A stretch of DNA of 64,000 nucleotides from Paracoccaceae bacterium (GTDB lineage Bacteria; Pseudomonadota; Alphaproteobacteria; Rhodobacterales; Rhodobacteraceae), in the NCBI GenBank assembly GCA_022763485.1, contig JALEGX010000016.1, positions 2,820 to 66,819 of the forward strand. The letters are read 5' to 3'. Made by a program: the position numbers and the translations under genes. The notes beneath the pieces are model-generated. The model was not told the DNA's origin. It worked only from the letters and a program-made list of their open reading frames with translations, and did no database searches. This document shows, piece after piece, positions 20,968-31,161 of the stretch. Each line of letters begins with the position of its first letter. Position 1 is the stretch's first letter.

Positions 20968-22362
20968 TCAAAGATGCGCGGCAACCTGCGCGGCGAAATC
21001 CTCGCCCCGTTTTTCGAAGGAATCATATTGGTCGAAACTGGCCGCTGCGGGGGCCAGCAGAACGGTTTCCCCTGCTTCGGCCTCGGCCACCGCGCGCTCC
21101 ACTGCGGCGGACATGGTGGTGCAGACCTCTGCCTCGACATCCAGCTGCATGGCGAAATTCGCCGCTTCACGCCCAATCACATAGGCCTTCAGCACCCGGC
21201 CGGTGTGCCCCTTCAGCGCGTCGAGGCCGCCTTCCTTTTCCAGCCCGCCACAGATCCAGCGGATACGGTCAAACGCCTGCAGCGCCTTGATCGCGCTGTC
21301 GACATTGGTGGCCTTGCTGTCATTGACGAAACGCACGCCCGCCGCTTCGGCGATGGTCTGGCTGCGATGCGGCAGACCGGGATATGAGGCCAACCCGGCC
21401 TCGATCACCCGAGGGGCCAGCCCCAGCGCACGGCAGGAGGCATAGGCCGCGCAGGCGTTCTGGTGGTTGTGCGCCCCCGGCAGCCCCGCCATCTGGCGCA
21501 GGTCGATCGCTGCGGCCTGACGCCCCTTGCGGTATTCGGACAGGAACCCCTTGCGGGCAAAGACGTTCCACCCCGACCCTGTCAGCTTCTGCCCGGATGA
21601 AATACGGATGACGCGGTCGTCAGAGGGCGCTTCGGACATCTGCCCGGCCAGATACAGCCCTTCGTCTTCATCCACACCGATGATGGCGCGGTCCGGCCCC
21701 CCTTCGGCGAACAGCCGACGCTTGGCCGCGAAATAGCCCCCCATGCCCGCGTGGCGGTCCAGATGATCGGGGCTGAGATTGGTGAACACCGCCACATCCG
21801 GCGTCAGCGCCCGCGCCAGATCGGTCTGATACGAGCTGAGCTCCAGTACCACGACACCGCCATCCCCCGGCGGGTCGATGTCCAGAACGCCCCGGCCGAT
21901 ATTGCCCGCCAGCTGCGAATCCTGTCCCGCTTCGTTCAGGATGTGGTGGATCAGGGCAACGGTGGTCGATTTGCCGTTGGATCCGGTCACCGCCACCACG
22001 CGCGGCGGCCGGTCGAAACTGTCCCATTCCCGCGTGGCGAACGACCGGAAGAACAGGCCGATGTCATTGTCGACCGGAGTGCCATGTTCCAGCGCCCGGC
22101 GGATGATCGGGTTCGGGGTCGGGTACAGATGCGGGATCCCCGGCGAGACGATCAGCGCGTTCAGGCCATCCCAGGCGGCGGATTTGTGCAGGTCGCGACA
22201 GTCGAAACCTTCGGCCTCGGCCGCGTCCCGCGCTGCCGGGTTGTCGTCCCAGCAGATCGGGACCGCGCCGCCTGCGCGCAGTGCCCTGGCCGTTGCAAGG
22301 CCGGACCGGCCCAACCCGAGCACCGCTACCTCGGCACCTTCAAACCCGCGTACTGGTATCAT
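20968..22362 (-). CDS. murD: UDP-N-acetylmuramoylalanine--D-glutamate ligase MurD
   Basis: 464 aa. [11 protein letters not shown]-terminus and [11 protein letters not shown]-loop. Confidence 0.95.
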   Translation of the reverse strand: MIPVRGFEGAEVAVLGLGRSGLATARALRAGGAVPICWDDNPAARDAAEAEGFDCRDLHKSAAWDGLNALIVSPGIPHLYPTPNPIIRRALEHGTPVDNDIGLFFRSFATREWDSFDRPPRVVAVTGSNGKSTTVALIHHILNEAGQDSQLAGNIGRGVLDIDPPGDGGVVVLELSSYQTDLARALTPDVAVFTNLSPDHLDRHAGMGGYFAAKRRLFAEGGPDRAIIGVDEDEGLYLAGQMSEAPSDDRVIRISSGQKLTGSGWNVFARKGFLSEYRKGRQAAAIDLRQMAGLPGAHNHQNACAAYASCRALGLAPRVIEAGLASYPGLPHRSQTIAEAAGVRFVNDSKATNVDSAIKALQAFDRIRWICGGLEKEGGLDALKGHTGRVLKAYVIGREAANFAMQLDVEAEVCTTMSAAVERAVAEAEAGETVLLAPAAASFDQYDSFEKRGEDFAAQVAAHL

Positions 22363-22469
22363 GACCTGCCCCCAAACCTTCTGGTCTTTGAAACTGGCTA
22401 CTGCAAGATTTGGGATTTGACCAGCGCCTCAAAGCACCGGACACGGGCGAACCCTGCGGGAAAATGGCC

Positions 22470-22883
22470 TCAGGCCGCGGGCCCGGCCAGCCGCAGCAGA
22501 ACCTCAAGCGCCTGATCGGCCTGCGCGGCGGGGACAAAGGCGTGATCATGGTGATAGCCCGCCACCATGTTACAGGGGATGTCATGCTCGGCCAGCGCCA
22601 CTGCAACGGCCGCGGTCAACCCGACCCCATCCAGCGCGGAATAGACATTCAGCGTGATCCGCTGCATCGGCATATCGGTGGCAAAGCCATGCGCCCGCGC
22701 CAGCGCGTCGGTCAGGATCAGGGACAGGCCCTCCTCTTCGACAAAGCTGGCAAGCGCCTGCGCCAGCAAGCCGGGATCCGTTGCCCCGGCCGGGCTGGTG
22801 CAGAAATGATAGGGAACCGGATCCAGCACGGGCGACATCCCCCGGATCATCGCCTGTGTGTCCTTGACCGGTTCGCGCGACAT
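22470..22883 (-). CDS. ACT-domain-like small protein (function unknown)
   Basis: 137-aa ORF between murD and mraY, with its stop overlapping the mraY region. The ACT-like assignment is from memory only. Confidence 0.55.
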   Translation of the reverse strand: MSREPVKDTQAMIRGMSPVLDPVPYHFCTSPAGATDPGLLAQALASFVEEEGLSLILTDALARAHGFATDMPMQRITLNVYSALDGVGLTAAVAVALAEHDIPCNMVAGYHHDHAFVPAAQADQALEVLLRLAGPAA

Positions 22884-23965
22884 CAGCGGACCTTGAGGGT
22901 GGCCAGGCCGATCATCGCCAGGATCAGCGAGATGATCCAGAAGCGGATCACGATCTGCGGTTCTGCCCAGCCCTTCTTTTCATAATGGTGGTGGATCGGC
23001 GCCATCAGGAAGACGCGCTTGCCGGTGCGCTTGTAGTAGAGCACCTGAATGATCACGCTCAGCGCTTCGACCACGAAAAGGCCGCCAACGATTGCCAGCA
23101 CCAGCTCATGCTTGGTGGCCACGGCGATGGCCCCCAAGGCGCCGCCCAGAGCCAGCGACCCGGTGTCCCCCATGAAGACCGCCGCCGGCGGTGCGTTGTA
23201 CCACAGGAAGCCAAGCCCCGCGCCAAAGAGCGCTGCGGTGAAGATCAGGATCTCACCCGTGCCTGGAACATAGTGGACGTCCAGATATTCGGTGAAGTCG
23301 ACCCGACCCACCGCATAGGCAATCACCCCAAGCGTGGAAGCCGCGATCATCGCCGGCATGATGGCCAGCCCGTCCAGCCCGTCGGTCAGGTTGACCGCGT
23401 TGGCCGAGCCGACGATCACACAGATCGAAAACGGCACATACAGAAGCCCCAGATTGATCAGCGTGTCCTTGAACACCGGCAGCGCCAATTGGTTCTGCAG
23501 CGCTTCGGGGTGGTTGTAGCTGGCCCAGAGGGCAGCGATCACAGCGATGATGATCCCCAGCCCCAGACGCAGCTTGCCCGGAACACCCTTGGTGTTCTGC
23601 TTGGACACTTTGGCATAGTCATCGGCAAAACCGATGGCCGCATAGGCCAGCGTCACAAACAGCACCAGCCAGATGAACGGATTGTCCCAGCGTCCCCACA
23701 TCAGCGTCGCAGTCACCAGCGCGCCAACAATCAGCAGCCCGCCCATCGTGGGGGTCCCGGCCTTGGCCAGATGGCCCTCGGGGCCGTCGTCGCGGATCGG
23801 CTGCCCCTTGCCCTGCTTGCGGCGCAGCACGTTGATCAGCGGCTTGCCGAACAGGAACCCGAACAACAGCGCCGTCATGAAGGCCCCGCCTGCGCGGAAC
23901 GTGATATAGCGGAACAGGTTGAAGAAATCCCCCCCATCCGAAAGCGCTGTCAGCCAGTAGAGCAT
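22883..23965 (-). CDS. mraY: Phospho-N-acetylmuramoyl-pentapeptide transferase MraY
   Basis: 360 aa, 10 [15 protein letters not shown] and HHHYE motifs. Confidence 0.97.
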   Translation of the reverse strand: MLYWLTALSDGGDFFNLFRYITFRAGGAFMTALLFGFLFGKPLINVLRRKQGKGQPIRDDGPEGHLAKAGTPTMGGLLIVGALVTATLMWGRWDNPFIWLVLFVTLAYAAIGFADDYAKVSKQNTKGVPGKLRLGLGIIIAVIAALWASYNHPEALQNQLALPVFKDTLINLGLLYVPFSICVIVGSANAVNLTDGLDGLAIMPAMIAASTLGVIAYAVGRVDFTEYLDVHYVPGTGEILIFTAALFGAGLGFLWYNAPPAAVFMGDTGSLALGGALGAIAVATKHELVLAIVGGLFVVEALSVIIQVLYYKRTGKRVFLMAPIHHHYEKKGWAEPQIVIRFWIISLILAMIGLATLKVR

Positions 23966-23976
23966 CTGGACCCGTC

Positions 23977-25392
23977 CTATTCGTTACTCGTGTCAGTGTG
24001 ACGGCGCAGGCCATGACCCATATCACGGATGGCGTCAACGATCTTTGCCAGCGCCATGCTGAGCGAGCCTTTGGCCAGCACGATATCGCCAGCGCTCAGG
24101 CGCCCGGCCAGCCCCTGCAAGGCGTCAGCGCTGGTTTCATACCAGCCACCGCGCTTGTCATCGGGCAGCGCCTCATGCATCGCCTGCATCAGCGGCCCGA
24201 TGCAGATCACGCTGTCGACCCCGGCCATCGCCGGATGCACAGCCATCGCCGCGTGCAGATCCAGCTCCTGCGGGCCCAGTTCCTTCATGTCGCCCAGAAA
24301 GGCAATGCGCCGCCCTTCTGCGGTGGTTGGCGTTGCGGCCAACACCGACAGCGCCGCCCCCATCGAGGTGGGGTTGGCGTTATAGCTGTCATCCAGCAGG
24401 ATCACCTCACCACCGGGGATCGCGACGACTTCGCGCTGTCCGCGCCCTTTGACCGGGGACCAGAGTGACAGGCTTTGCACCGCCCGCGCCCGGTCCGCCC
24501 CCAGCGCATCAATACAGGCCAGCGCCCCCAACGCGTTCATCGCGAAATGCGGACCAAGGGATTGGATGTGCAACGTCGCGGACGTACCGGACAGATCCGC
24601 CTGCGCCACGGTTTCATCGCCCTGCATCGCCACCTCTTGCAGCCTGTAGGCGCTGGCGGTCCTGCCGAATTCCACGAAATCCACCGACAGGTCCTGCGCC
24701 ACCTGGCGCACCACATCGGCCTCTGCGATGTCCGCGTTCAGCACGGCCAGACCGCCCGGTTCCAGCCCTTCCATGATCGAGGCCTTTTCCCGCGCAATCC
24801 CGGCCACGTCGTCAAACGCCTCCAGATGCACGGCGGCCACGGTGGTCACCATCGCCACATGGGGACGTGCCTGTATCGCCAGCGGCGCAATCTCCCCGGG
24901 GTGGTTCATGCCGATCTCGATCACCGCATATTCGGTGTCGCGCGGCATCCGCGCCAGGGTCAGCGGCACGCCCCAATGGTTGTTGTAGCTGGCCACCGCA
25001 GCATGGGTGCGGCCCTGATCGGTCAACATCCGCGCCAGCATTTCCTTGGTCGAGGTCTTGCCGACAGAGCCCGTGACCGCCACCACGCGGGCCGCGCATC
25101 TGTCGCGCGAAGCACGCCCCAGCGCCTCAAGCCCGCTTTGCACGTCATCCACCAGCAACAGCGGCGCATCCGCGGAAACACCTTCCGGAATGCGGGAGAC
25201 CAGCGCCGCCCCCGCACCCTTTTCCAGCGCCTGGGCCACAAAGTCATGTCCATCCCGCGCCGCCTTGAGCGCCACGAAGAGGTCGCCCGGCTGCAAGGTC
25301 CGCGTGTCGATGGAAATGCCTGAGACGGCCCAATCGCCGCGCGCTTCTCCGCCCGTGGCCGCTGCGGCCTCTTGTGCAGTCCACAATGTCAT
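23977..25392 (-). CDS. murF: UDP-N-acetylmuramoyl-tripeptide--D-alanyl-D-alanine ligase MurF
   Basis: 471 aa. [13 protein letters not shown]-loop and Mur-ligase C-terminal domain. 4-nt overlap with murE. Confidence 0.95.
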   Translation of the reverse strand: MTLWTAQEAAAATGGEARGDWAVSGISIDTRTLQPGDLFVALKAARDGHDFVAQALEKGAGAALVSRIPEGVSADAPLLLVDDVQSGLEALGRASRDRCAARVVAVTGSVGKTSTKEMLARMLTDQGRTHAAVASYNNHWGVPLTLARMPRDTEYAVIEIGMNHPGEIAPLAIQARPHVAMVTTVAAVHLEAFDDVAGIAREKASIMEGLEPGGLAVLNADIAEADVVRQVAQDLSVDFVEFGRTASAYRLQEVAMQGDETVAQADLSGTSATLHIQSLGPHFAMNALGALACIDALGADRARAVQSLSLWSPVKGRGQREVVAIPGGEVILLDDSYNANPTSMGAALSVLAATPTTAEGRRIAFLGDMKELGPQELDLHAAMAVHPAMAGVDSVICIGPLMQAMHEALPDDKRGGWYETSADALQGLAGRLSAGDIVLAKGSLSMALAKIVDAIRDMGHGLRRHTDTSNE

Positions 25393-26870
25393 ACGATTTT
25401 TCCGTCCAGTGCCGCGACGGCCATGCTGGCCTGCTCAACATCATCAAAGGGCAGCACGTCATCGCCGACGATCTGCCCCGTTTCGTGTCCCTTGCCGCAC
25501 ACCAGCAGGGCATCCCCGGGTTGCAGCGCGTCGACACCGCGCAGGATGGCCTCGGCCCGATCCCCAACTTCGATGGCGTCAGGCGCGCCGGATTTCACCG
25601 CAGCGCGGATCAGCGCCGGATCTTCGGAGCGCGGGTTATCATCGGTGACAATCACCACGTCGGCATTGCGATGTGCGGCCTCCCCCATCAGCGGGCGTTT
25701 GCCGGGGTCCCGATCGCCACCGGCACCCACAATCGCCACCAGCCGGCCCAGCACATGCGGGCGCATCGCCTTGAGTGCGGTCGCCACCGCATCCGGCGTA
25801 TGGGCGTAATCCACATAGACCGCGGCCCCATTGTCACGGGTCGCGGCCAGCTGCATCCGGCCCCGCACCGTGGTCAGCTCGGGCAAAGTGGCAAAGACCT
25901 GCTCGGGGTCTTCGCCGCCGGCGATCACCAACCCGCAGGCCACCAGAACGTTTTCCGCCTGGAAACCGCCAATCAGGTTCAAGCGGGTGGTGAACGGCTG
26001 GTCATGCCACAGAAAACGCAGCTCCTGCCCGGTTCCGTCATAGCGCTGCGCCATCAGCTGCAGATCGCCGACACCGCGCCCCACCGTGATGACTTCCTGT
26101 CCACGGGCCGCTGCAATCGCGCGCATTTCTGCCCCGCGCGGGTCATCAAGGTTGATCACTGCAACGCCATCTTCGGGCAGCACACGCCGGAACAGGCCCG
26201 CCTTGGCCGCGAAGTAGGCGTCGAAGGTTTCGTGATAGTCTAGGTGGTCCTGGGTGAAATTGGTAAAGCCGGCCGCGGCCAGTTGCACACCGTCCAGACG
26301 GCGCTGCTCCAACCCGTGCGAAGACGCCTCCATCGCAGCATGGGTCACACCGTGGGTGGCCGCAGCGGCCAGCGCCCGGTGCAAGGTGATCGGCTCCGGC
26401 GTGGTGTGGGCCAGCGGAAAGCTCCACGCGCCCTCAACCCCGGTGGTGCCAAGGTTCACCGCCTCCCGGCCCATTCCGGTCCAGATCTGGCGCACGAAAG
26501 ACGCCACGGAGGTTTTGCCATTGGTCCCGGTCACCGCGACAACGGTTTCGGGCTGTTTTCCGAACCACAGCGCCGCCGTCATGGCCAGCGTCTGACGGGG
26601 GTCTTCGGCCACCACCAGCGCGGCGCGGCTCTCCGACAGGGCGGTGGCGGCGATCTTGGCCCCATCTGCATCGGTCAGAATGGCCGCAGCCCCGTTTGCC
26701 AGCGCCATGGGAATGAATTTGGCCCCGTGGACCTGGCTGCCGGGCAGCGCGGCAAACAGCTCTCCCGGTGCGACGGTGCGGCTGTCCACCGACAAGCCAG
26801 TGATCATGGGATCGACACCGCCTCTTGCAGTCAGTGCCAACTGGCTCAGCGGTCTGGGTTCTTCTGTCAT
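25389..26870 (-). CDS. murE: UDP-N-acetylmuramoyl-L-alanyl-D-glutamate--2,6-diaminopimelate ligase MurE
   Basis: 493 aa. VTGTNGKTS P-loop and DNPRSE motif characteristic of MurE. Confidence 0.95.
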   Translation of the reverse strand: MTEEPRPLSQLALTARGGVDPMITGLSVDSRTVAPGELFAALPGSQVHGAKFIPMALANGAAAILTDADGAKIAATALSESRAALVVAEDPRQTLAMTAALWFGKQPETVVAVTGTNGKTSVASFVRQIWTGMGREAVNLGTTGVEGAWSFPLAHTTPEPITLHRALAAAATHGVTHAAMEASSHGLEQRRLDGVQLAAAGFTNFTQDHLDYHETFDAYFAAKAGLFRRVLPEDGVAVINLDDPRGAEMRAIAAARGQEVITVGRGVGDLQLMAQRYDGTGQELRFLWHDQPFTTRLNLIGGFQAENVLVACGLVIAGGEDPEQVFATLPELTTVRGRMQLAATRDNGAAVYVDYAHTPDAVATALKAMRPHVLGRLVAIVGAGGDRDPGKRPLMGEAAHRNADVVIVTDDNPRSEDPALIRAAVKSGAPDAIEVGDRAEAILRGVDALQPGDALLVCGKGHETGQIVGDDVLPFDDVEQASMAVAALDGKIV

Positions 26871-26881
26871 GTGGCTGCCCC

Positions 26882-28666
26882 TCAGTTCGAGGTCAGGGTT
26901 ATACCAGCCAATTGCCCGGGCTCAACCTTTGGACGCAGGCCCAGCAGCGGAGCAACGCGCCCGATCAGCTCGGCCGCCACCGGTACAGCCGTCCAGCCGG
27001 CGGTCCGGCGCTCTTCGCCATAAGCCAGAACCGAGGGTTCATCCAGCGTGACAACCAGAACATACTTCGGATCCGAGGCCGGGAAGAGCGACGCGAAGGT
27101 GGCAATCACCTTGTCCTTGTAATAGCCGCCCTGCGGGTTGGGCTTGTCGGCGGTGCCGGTCTTGCCCGCGACCTCATAGCCCGGCACCTCGCCAAAGCTG
27201 GCGGTGCCGCTGGTTACAACCTTGCGCAGCATCATCCGGGCCGCTTCTGCCGCCTGGGGGGACAGGACACGCGGACCATATTGCGGCTCTTTCTGGCGCA
27301 GCACCGTGGGGCTGACATAATGCCCGCCGTTGGCCAGCGCGGCATAGCCCGCCGCCAGATGCATCGGGCTGGTGGAAATACCGTGACCATAGGAAATCGT
27401 CACCGCGCTCAGATCGGTCCAGCGCTGCGGGATCAGAGGCTGACCGCCCTTTGCTTCGACAATCTCGAACGGGGTGGGATCGAACATGCCCAGCGACCCC
27501 AGGAAGGCGCGCTGACGCGCGGTGCCGATCTGCAAAGCCAGACGCCCCGTCCCCCGGTTGGAGCTTTTGACGATGATGTCGGCGACGCTGATCTTGCCGT
27601 AGTTCTTGTTCTTGAACTCCCCGATGGGTCGGCCGCCGATCCGCATCGGACCAGAGGTGTCCACGATGGTTTCGGAATGCACCAGCCCCAGGTCAACCGC
27701 CTGCGCTGCCGCAAAAATCTTGAAGGTGGAGCCCAGCTCATACACCCCCTGCACCGCCCGGTTGAACAGCGGGCTGTCAGAGGCATCGCCTTCGGTCAGC
27801 GGGCGGGGCCGGTCATTGGGATCGAAGTCCGGCAGCGAGACCATGGAGACAACTTCACCGGTGTGGACATCCATCAGGACAGAGCTTGCACCCTTGGCGT
27901 TCATCAGTTTCATGCCGCCCAGCAGCACACGCTCGGCCGCGGCCTGCACCGTCAGATCGATGGAGAGTTCCAGAGGCTTTGCGCCGTTTGCCGGATCGCG
28001 CAGATAGCCGTCGAATTGCTTCTCGATGCCCGCAACACCGATCACCTCGGCCGCGTTCACGCCTTCCTTGCCGAAGCCCGCGCCGCCCAGGATGTGCGAG
28101 GCCAGACGACCATTGGGATAGAGGCGCATTTCGCGCGGGCCGAACAACAGGCCGGGATCGCCAAGATCATGCACCGCCTGTTTCTGCTCGGGCGAGATGC
28201 GTTTCTTGATCCACAGGAACTTGCGCTTGCCGGTGAAATCCTTGACCAGGCGCTCCTTGTCCAGATCCGGAAAGATCTTGATCAGCCCTTCGGCTGCGGC
28301 CACCGGATCCACCATCTGCGGCGGCTGCGCATAAAGCGAATGGGTTTCGAAATTGGTCGCCAGTATCCGGCCCTGCCGGTCCACGATGTCGGCACGCTGC
28401 ATGGCAATCGACGCACCCGGTGCAGAGGCCAGCGGCTCCACCGGTTCGGAATTGGCCATCATGCCCATCCGCGCCCCGATCACCACATAGGCCATCAGGA
28501 ACAGCCCCCCCAGAACAAGCAACCGGCCCTCGGCACGCTGCCGGGCCCGGTCCTGCATTTCCTCATGACGGCGGCGGATGTTCTCACGCTCGATCCGGTC
28601 GGGGTTTTCCCCTTTGGCGCGGGCGTCCAGAATGCGGGCCAGCGGGCGCAGCGGGATCCGGATCAT
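26882..28666 (-). CDS. ftsI: Peptidoglycan D,D-transpeptidase FtsI (PBP3)
   Basis: 594 aa. N-terminal TM, PBP dimerisation domain, and transpeptidase motifs STFK, SSN and KTGT. Confidence 0.95.
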   Translation of the reverse strand: MIRIPLRPLARILDARAKGENPDRIERENIRRRHEEMQDRARQRAEGRLLVLGGLFLMAYVVIGARMGMMANSEPVEPLASAPGASIAMQRADIVDRQGRILATNFETHSLYAQPPQMVDPVAAAEGLIKIFPDLDKERLVKDFTGKRKFLWIKKRISPEQKQAVHDLGDPGLLFGPREMRLYPNGRLASHILGGAGFGKEGVNAAEVIGVAGIEKQFDGYLRDPANGAKPLELSIDLTVQAAAERVLLGGMKLMNAKGASSVLMDVHTGEVVSMVSLPDFDPNDRPRPLTEGDASDSPLFNRAVQGVYELGSTFKIFAAAQAVDLGLVHSETIVDTSGPMRIGGRPIGEFKNKNYGKISVADIIVKSSNRGTGRLALQIGTARQRAFLGSLGMFDPTPFEIVEAKGGQPLIPQRWTDLSAVTISYGHGISTSPMHLAAGYAALANGGHYVSPTVLRQKEPQYGPRVLSPQAAEAARMMLRKVVTSGTASFGEVPGYEVAGKTGTADKPNPQGGYYKDKVIATFASLFPASDPKYVLVVTLDEPSVLAYGEERRTAGWTAVPVAAELIGRVAPLLGLRPKVEPGQLAGITLTSN

Positions 28667-29019
28667 GGCCGTTCCTCCCCGTCCTCGGCGGCGCTGCTGG
28701 AGACGTCCACCCCGTTGGAGAACTCAAGCTCCTGCGCCGGATAGCCCACCTCATCCACGCGGCCGAACTGATCCGGCCGCAGCGGCAGCAGACCCAGCCG
28801 GTTGAAATTCAACTCTGCCAGATCGCGCAGCCGGTCGGGACGGTTCAGATAAGCCCATTCGGCCCGCAGGACGCTCAGCCGCACCTGCGCATCGCCGATC
28901 TGACGTTGCAACGACCGGGTTTCCTTCAGAACCTGCTGGGTCTGGTAATTCTCACGGTATGCCCAGAACGCCAGTCCGAGCACCGCCAATGCAGTCACGA
29001 CATAGAAAAGGGTTCTCAT
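28663..29019 (-). CDS. ftsL: Cell division protein FtsL (alphaproteobacterial type)
   Basis: 118 aa. A single N-terminal TM plus coiled coil, in the conserved slot between rsmH and ftsI, with 4-nt overlaps on both sides. Confidence 0.8.
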   Translation of the reverse strand: MRTLFYVVTALAVLGLAFWAYRENYQTQQVLKETRSLQRQIGDAQVRLSVLRAEWAYLNRPDRLRDLAELNFNRLGLLPLRPDQFGRVDEVGYPAQELEFSNGVDVSSSAAEDGEERP

Positions 29020-30008
29020 CGGTGTGCCCCCCTGAGTTGCGGCATGCCAATATCACGTGCTGAAATGGGTGTGGCCGGTGCAGACGTCCTGCGCCCGACC
29101 CGCAGGCGTGCCGACCGTGCGCGGGGGTTTTCCTCCAGCTCGCGATCGTCCGGCCCAACGGCCTTGCGGGTGACCAGCTCGAACTGGCTGGGCACTTCTT
29201 CGGTCTCCGGCGCCCAGCGGTTGGCGCGACCGGTCTTGCCCGCGCGGTGCTGGAAGAACCGCTTGACCATGCGGTCTTCGATGGAATGGAAGGTCACAAC
29301 CGCCAGCAGGCCGCCGGGCTTCAACGCCCGCTCGGCCGCCAGCAGCCCCTCGAACAGCTCATCATATTCCGCGTTCACGGCAATCCGCAGCGCCTGGAAG
29401 GACCGCGTGGCGGGATGCGACTGTCCCGGTTTGGCCCGCGGCAGGCATCCCTCGACGATCTCGGCCAAAGCCAGCGTCGTGGTGATCGGCGCCTCGGCCC
29501 GTGCCTTGACGATCGCCTTGGCAATCCGGCGGCTGGCGCGCTCTTCCCCGAAGGTGAACAGGATGTCAGCCAGCTCGACCTCGCCCAGCTCTGCCACCAG
29601 ATCGGCCGCCGAGGGCCCGTCCTGAGACATGCGCATGTCCAGCGGCCCCTCCTTCATGAAGGAGAAGCCCCGCTCGGCAAGGTCCAGCTGCATCGAAGAC
29701 ACGCCCAGATCCAGCACGACGCCATCCAGGTCCGAGGCGTATTCGTCCATCCGCGAGAAAACGCCGGGCTGCAGCACCAGACGATCGCCGTAGTCTGCGG
29801 CCCAGTCGCTGGCCATTTCGAACGCCAGCGGGTCCCGGTCCACACCGATGACACGGTCGGCCCCGGCAGCCAGCAGCCCTTTTGTATAGCCCCCGGCCCC
29901 GAAGGTGCCATCCAACCATTGGCCAGAGACAGGAGCGACCGCTTCAAGAAGCGGCCGCAGAAGAACGGGAATATGAGGGGCTGAATCCGGTGTCTGCTCC
30001 AACGCCAT
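29016..30008 (-). CDS. rsmH: 16S rRNA (cytosine1402-N4)-methyltransferase RsmH
   Basis: 330 aa. [15 protein letters not shown] and [10 protein letters not shown] motifs. Confidence 0.96.
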   Translation of the reverse strand: MALEQTPDSAPHIPVLLRPLLEAVAPVSGQWLDGTFGAGGYTKGLLAAGADRVIGVDRDPLAFEMASDWAADYGDRLVLQPGVFSRMDEYASDLDGVVLDLGVSSMQLDLAERGFSFMKEGPLDMRMSQDGPSAADLVAELGEVELADILFTFGEERASRRIAKAIVKARAEAPITTTLALAEIVEGCLPRAKPGQSHPATRSFQALRIAVNAEYDELFEGLLAAERALKPGGLLAVVTFHSIEDRMVKRFFQHRAGKTGRANRWAPETEEVPSQFELVTRKAVGPDDRELEENPRARSARLRVGRRTSAPATPISARDIGMPQLRGAHR

Positions 30009-30011
30009 GGC

Positions 30012-30515
30012 TTATGCCCCTCCTGCCCCATCAAGGAATTGCAACGGATCGAAATCATCCGGCAGCTCTTCCAGCCATTCTTCGGCCGCTGCCAGTTCTT
30101 CGCTTTCGTAGGTTTCCGGCTTCCAGATCTGGAAGGTGTCCCCGGCCGCGATAAAGAAGGCTTCCTTGTCCAGGTCGATCTTCTGGCGCAGCTTCGCAGG
30201 CAGCACCAGGCGTCCGGTTTCATCGACATTCGTCGGAAAGGACTGACCGTGGAACATGCGCTGCAGCATCTTGCGCTCCATCGAGCCGCGCGGCATCGCG
30301 TCGATCTTGGCGTCGACCTCTTCGATCGCCTCCATCGTGTAACATTCCAGGAATTTGCGACGGTGATCCCCGTATACGATCACCAGTTCGGGGTTGTCGC
30401 CGGACTGCCAGTTGGGATCACCGGCCTCAAGCACACGGCGAAAAGAGGCCGGGATAGACACCCTGCCCTTCGTATCCACCTTATGGTGGCTTTCGCCTCT
30501 GAACCTGCGGCCCAA
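30012..30515 (-). CDS. mraZ: Transcriptional regulator MraZ
   Basis: Two SpoVT/AbrB-like halves (KVDTKGRVSIPASFR, VDETGRLVLPAKLR). The track ORF starts at ATG 30590, but that ATG lies in the loop of a strong hairpin. A TTG at 30515 gives MGRRFRGE, the family-typical N-terminus, preceded by AAAGGGACAGGGAAC. The start is uncertain. Confidence 0.88.
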   Translation of the reverse strand: MGRRFRGESHHKVDTKGRVSIPASFRRVLEAGDPNWQSGDNPELVIVYGDHRRKFLECYTMEAIEEVDAKIDAMPRGSMERKMLQRMFHGQSFPTNVDETGRLVLPAKLRQKIDLDKEAFFIAAGDTFQIWKPETYESEELAAAEEWLEELPDDFDPLQFLDGAGGA

Positions 30516-30559
30516 GTTCCCTGTCCCTTTCTGTCGCGCCCCCGCGTCACCCCCCGTTG

Positions 30560-30602
30560 AAGGAAAAACGGCGGGTTGATCTGCTGCCACTGATCAACCC
30601 GC
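30560..30602 (-). terminator. Terminator-like hairpin in the mraZ leader
   Basis: Perfect 11-bp inverted repeat GCGGGTTGATC (30571-30581) / GATCAACCCGC (30592-30602), 10-nt loop. On the minus strand it is followed by CGTTTTTCC. Confidence 0.5.
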
Positions 30603-30782
30603 CGCCCTCGTCCCGCCTTGCGGGGTGTCCGACTGCGCGCGCCACCTGGGGGGATGTCTGCTCGCTCGCGCGCCGGATCTCTCTTACTTTTGTCGTCGAA
30701 AGCGGAGGCCTGTATGAAACCTGCTATTTTTTGGTTTATGGGGTCTTGGGTGCCCCGTATCCCTCCTCTCATCCGATGAATA

Positions 30783-30827
30783 AGGGATGCCATGGGAATT
30801 CATGGAAATCAATAGGTTTATGAGGGA
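30783..30827. promoter_or_regulatory. Five G-rich pentamers at exact 10-bp spacing (candidate MraZ operator)
   Basis: AGGGA 30783, TGGGA 30793, TGGAA 30803, TAGGT 30813, AGGGA 30823. They lie upstream of mraZ in AT-rich DNA. Confidence 0.4.
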
Positions 30828-30952
30828 AGTTTGAGATCCGGCTCGCTGGATCGCAAACCATAGCAAGGGATTTTAGAAGCACAACACCCGTAATTTGGGC
30901 CTGCCTCGCGACCGCATACCATATATAGGCAAGTCGCAACGCAAATGGGAGC

Positions 30953-30996
30953 GGGAAAAAACTTCCCATAATTTCCCAAGAATCCCTCGGGAAATT
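30953..30996. repeat. Two adjacent GGGAA/TTCCC palindromes
   Basis: GGGAA-aaaac-TTCCC (30953-30967) and AATTTCCC (30970-30977) / GGGAAATT (30989-30996), the latter with an 11-nt spacer. Confidence 0.6.
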
Positions 30997-31051
30997 CAAT
31001 GCTCGGAAAATGTTTTTATTTTGTTCTCACGTCATTCATCAGGGCTTAACC

Positions 31052-31092
31052 AAAAAACGCCCCGAAACCGAAGATGATTCGGCCTCGGAGCG
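31052..31092 (-). terminator. Rho-independent terminator after apbC/mrp
   Basis: Minus strand reads CGCTCCGAGGCCGAATCATCTTCGGTTTCGGGGCG (nested stems) followed by TTTTTT. It sits about 105 nt after the apbC stop. Confidence 0.7.
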
Positions 31093-31114
31093 CTGTTTTC
31101 CCGAAAATCCCAAG

Positions 31115-31161
31115 TTTTCGCCCATGAATTCCCGTGCCCCCCTTTTGGCCCATGATTTCCC
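31115..31161. repeat. Tandem 19-nt direct repeat TTTT(C/G)GCCCATGA(A/T)TTCCC
   Basis: Copies at 31115-31133 and 31143-31161 match at 17/19. A 12-nt core CCATGAATTCCC recurs inverted at 30794-30805. Confidence 0.6.
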
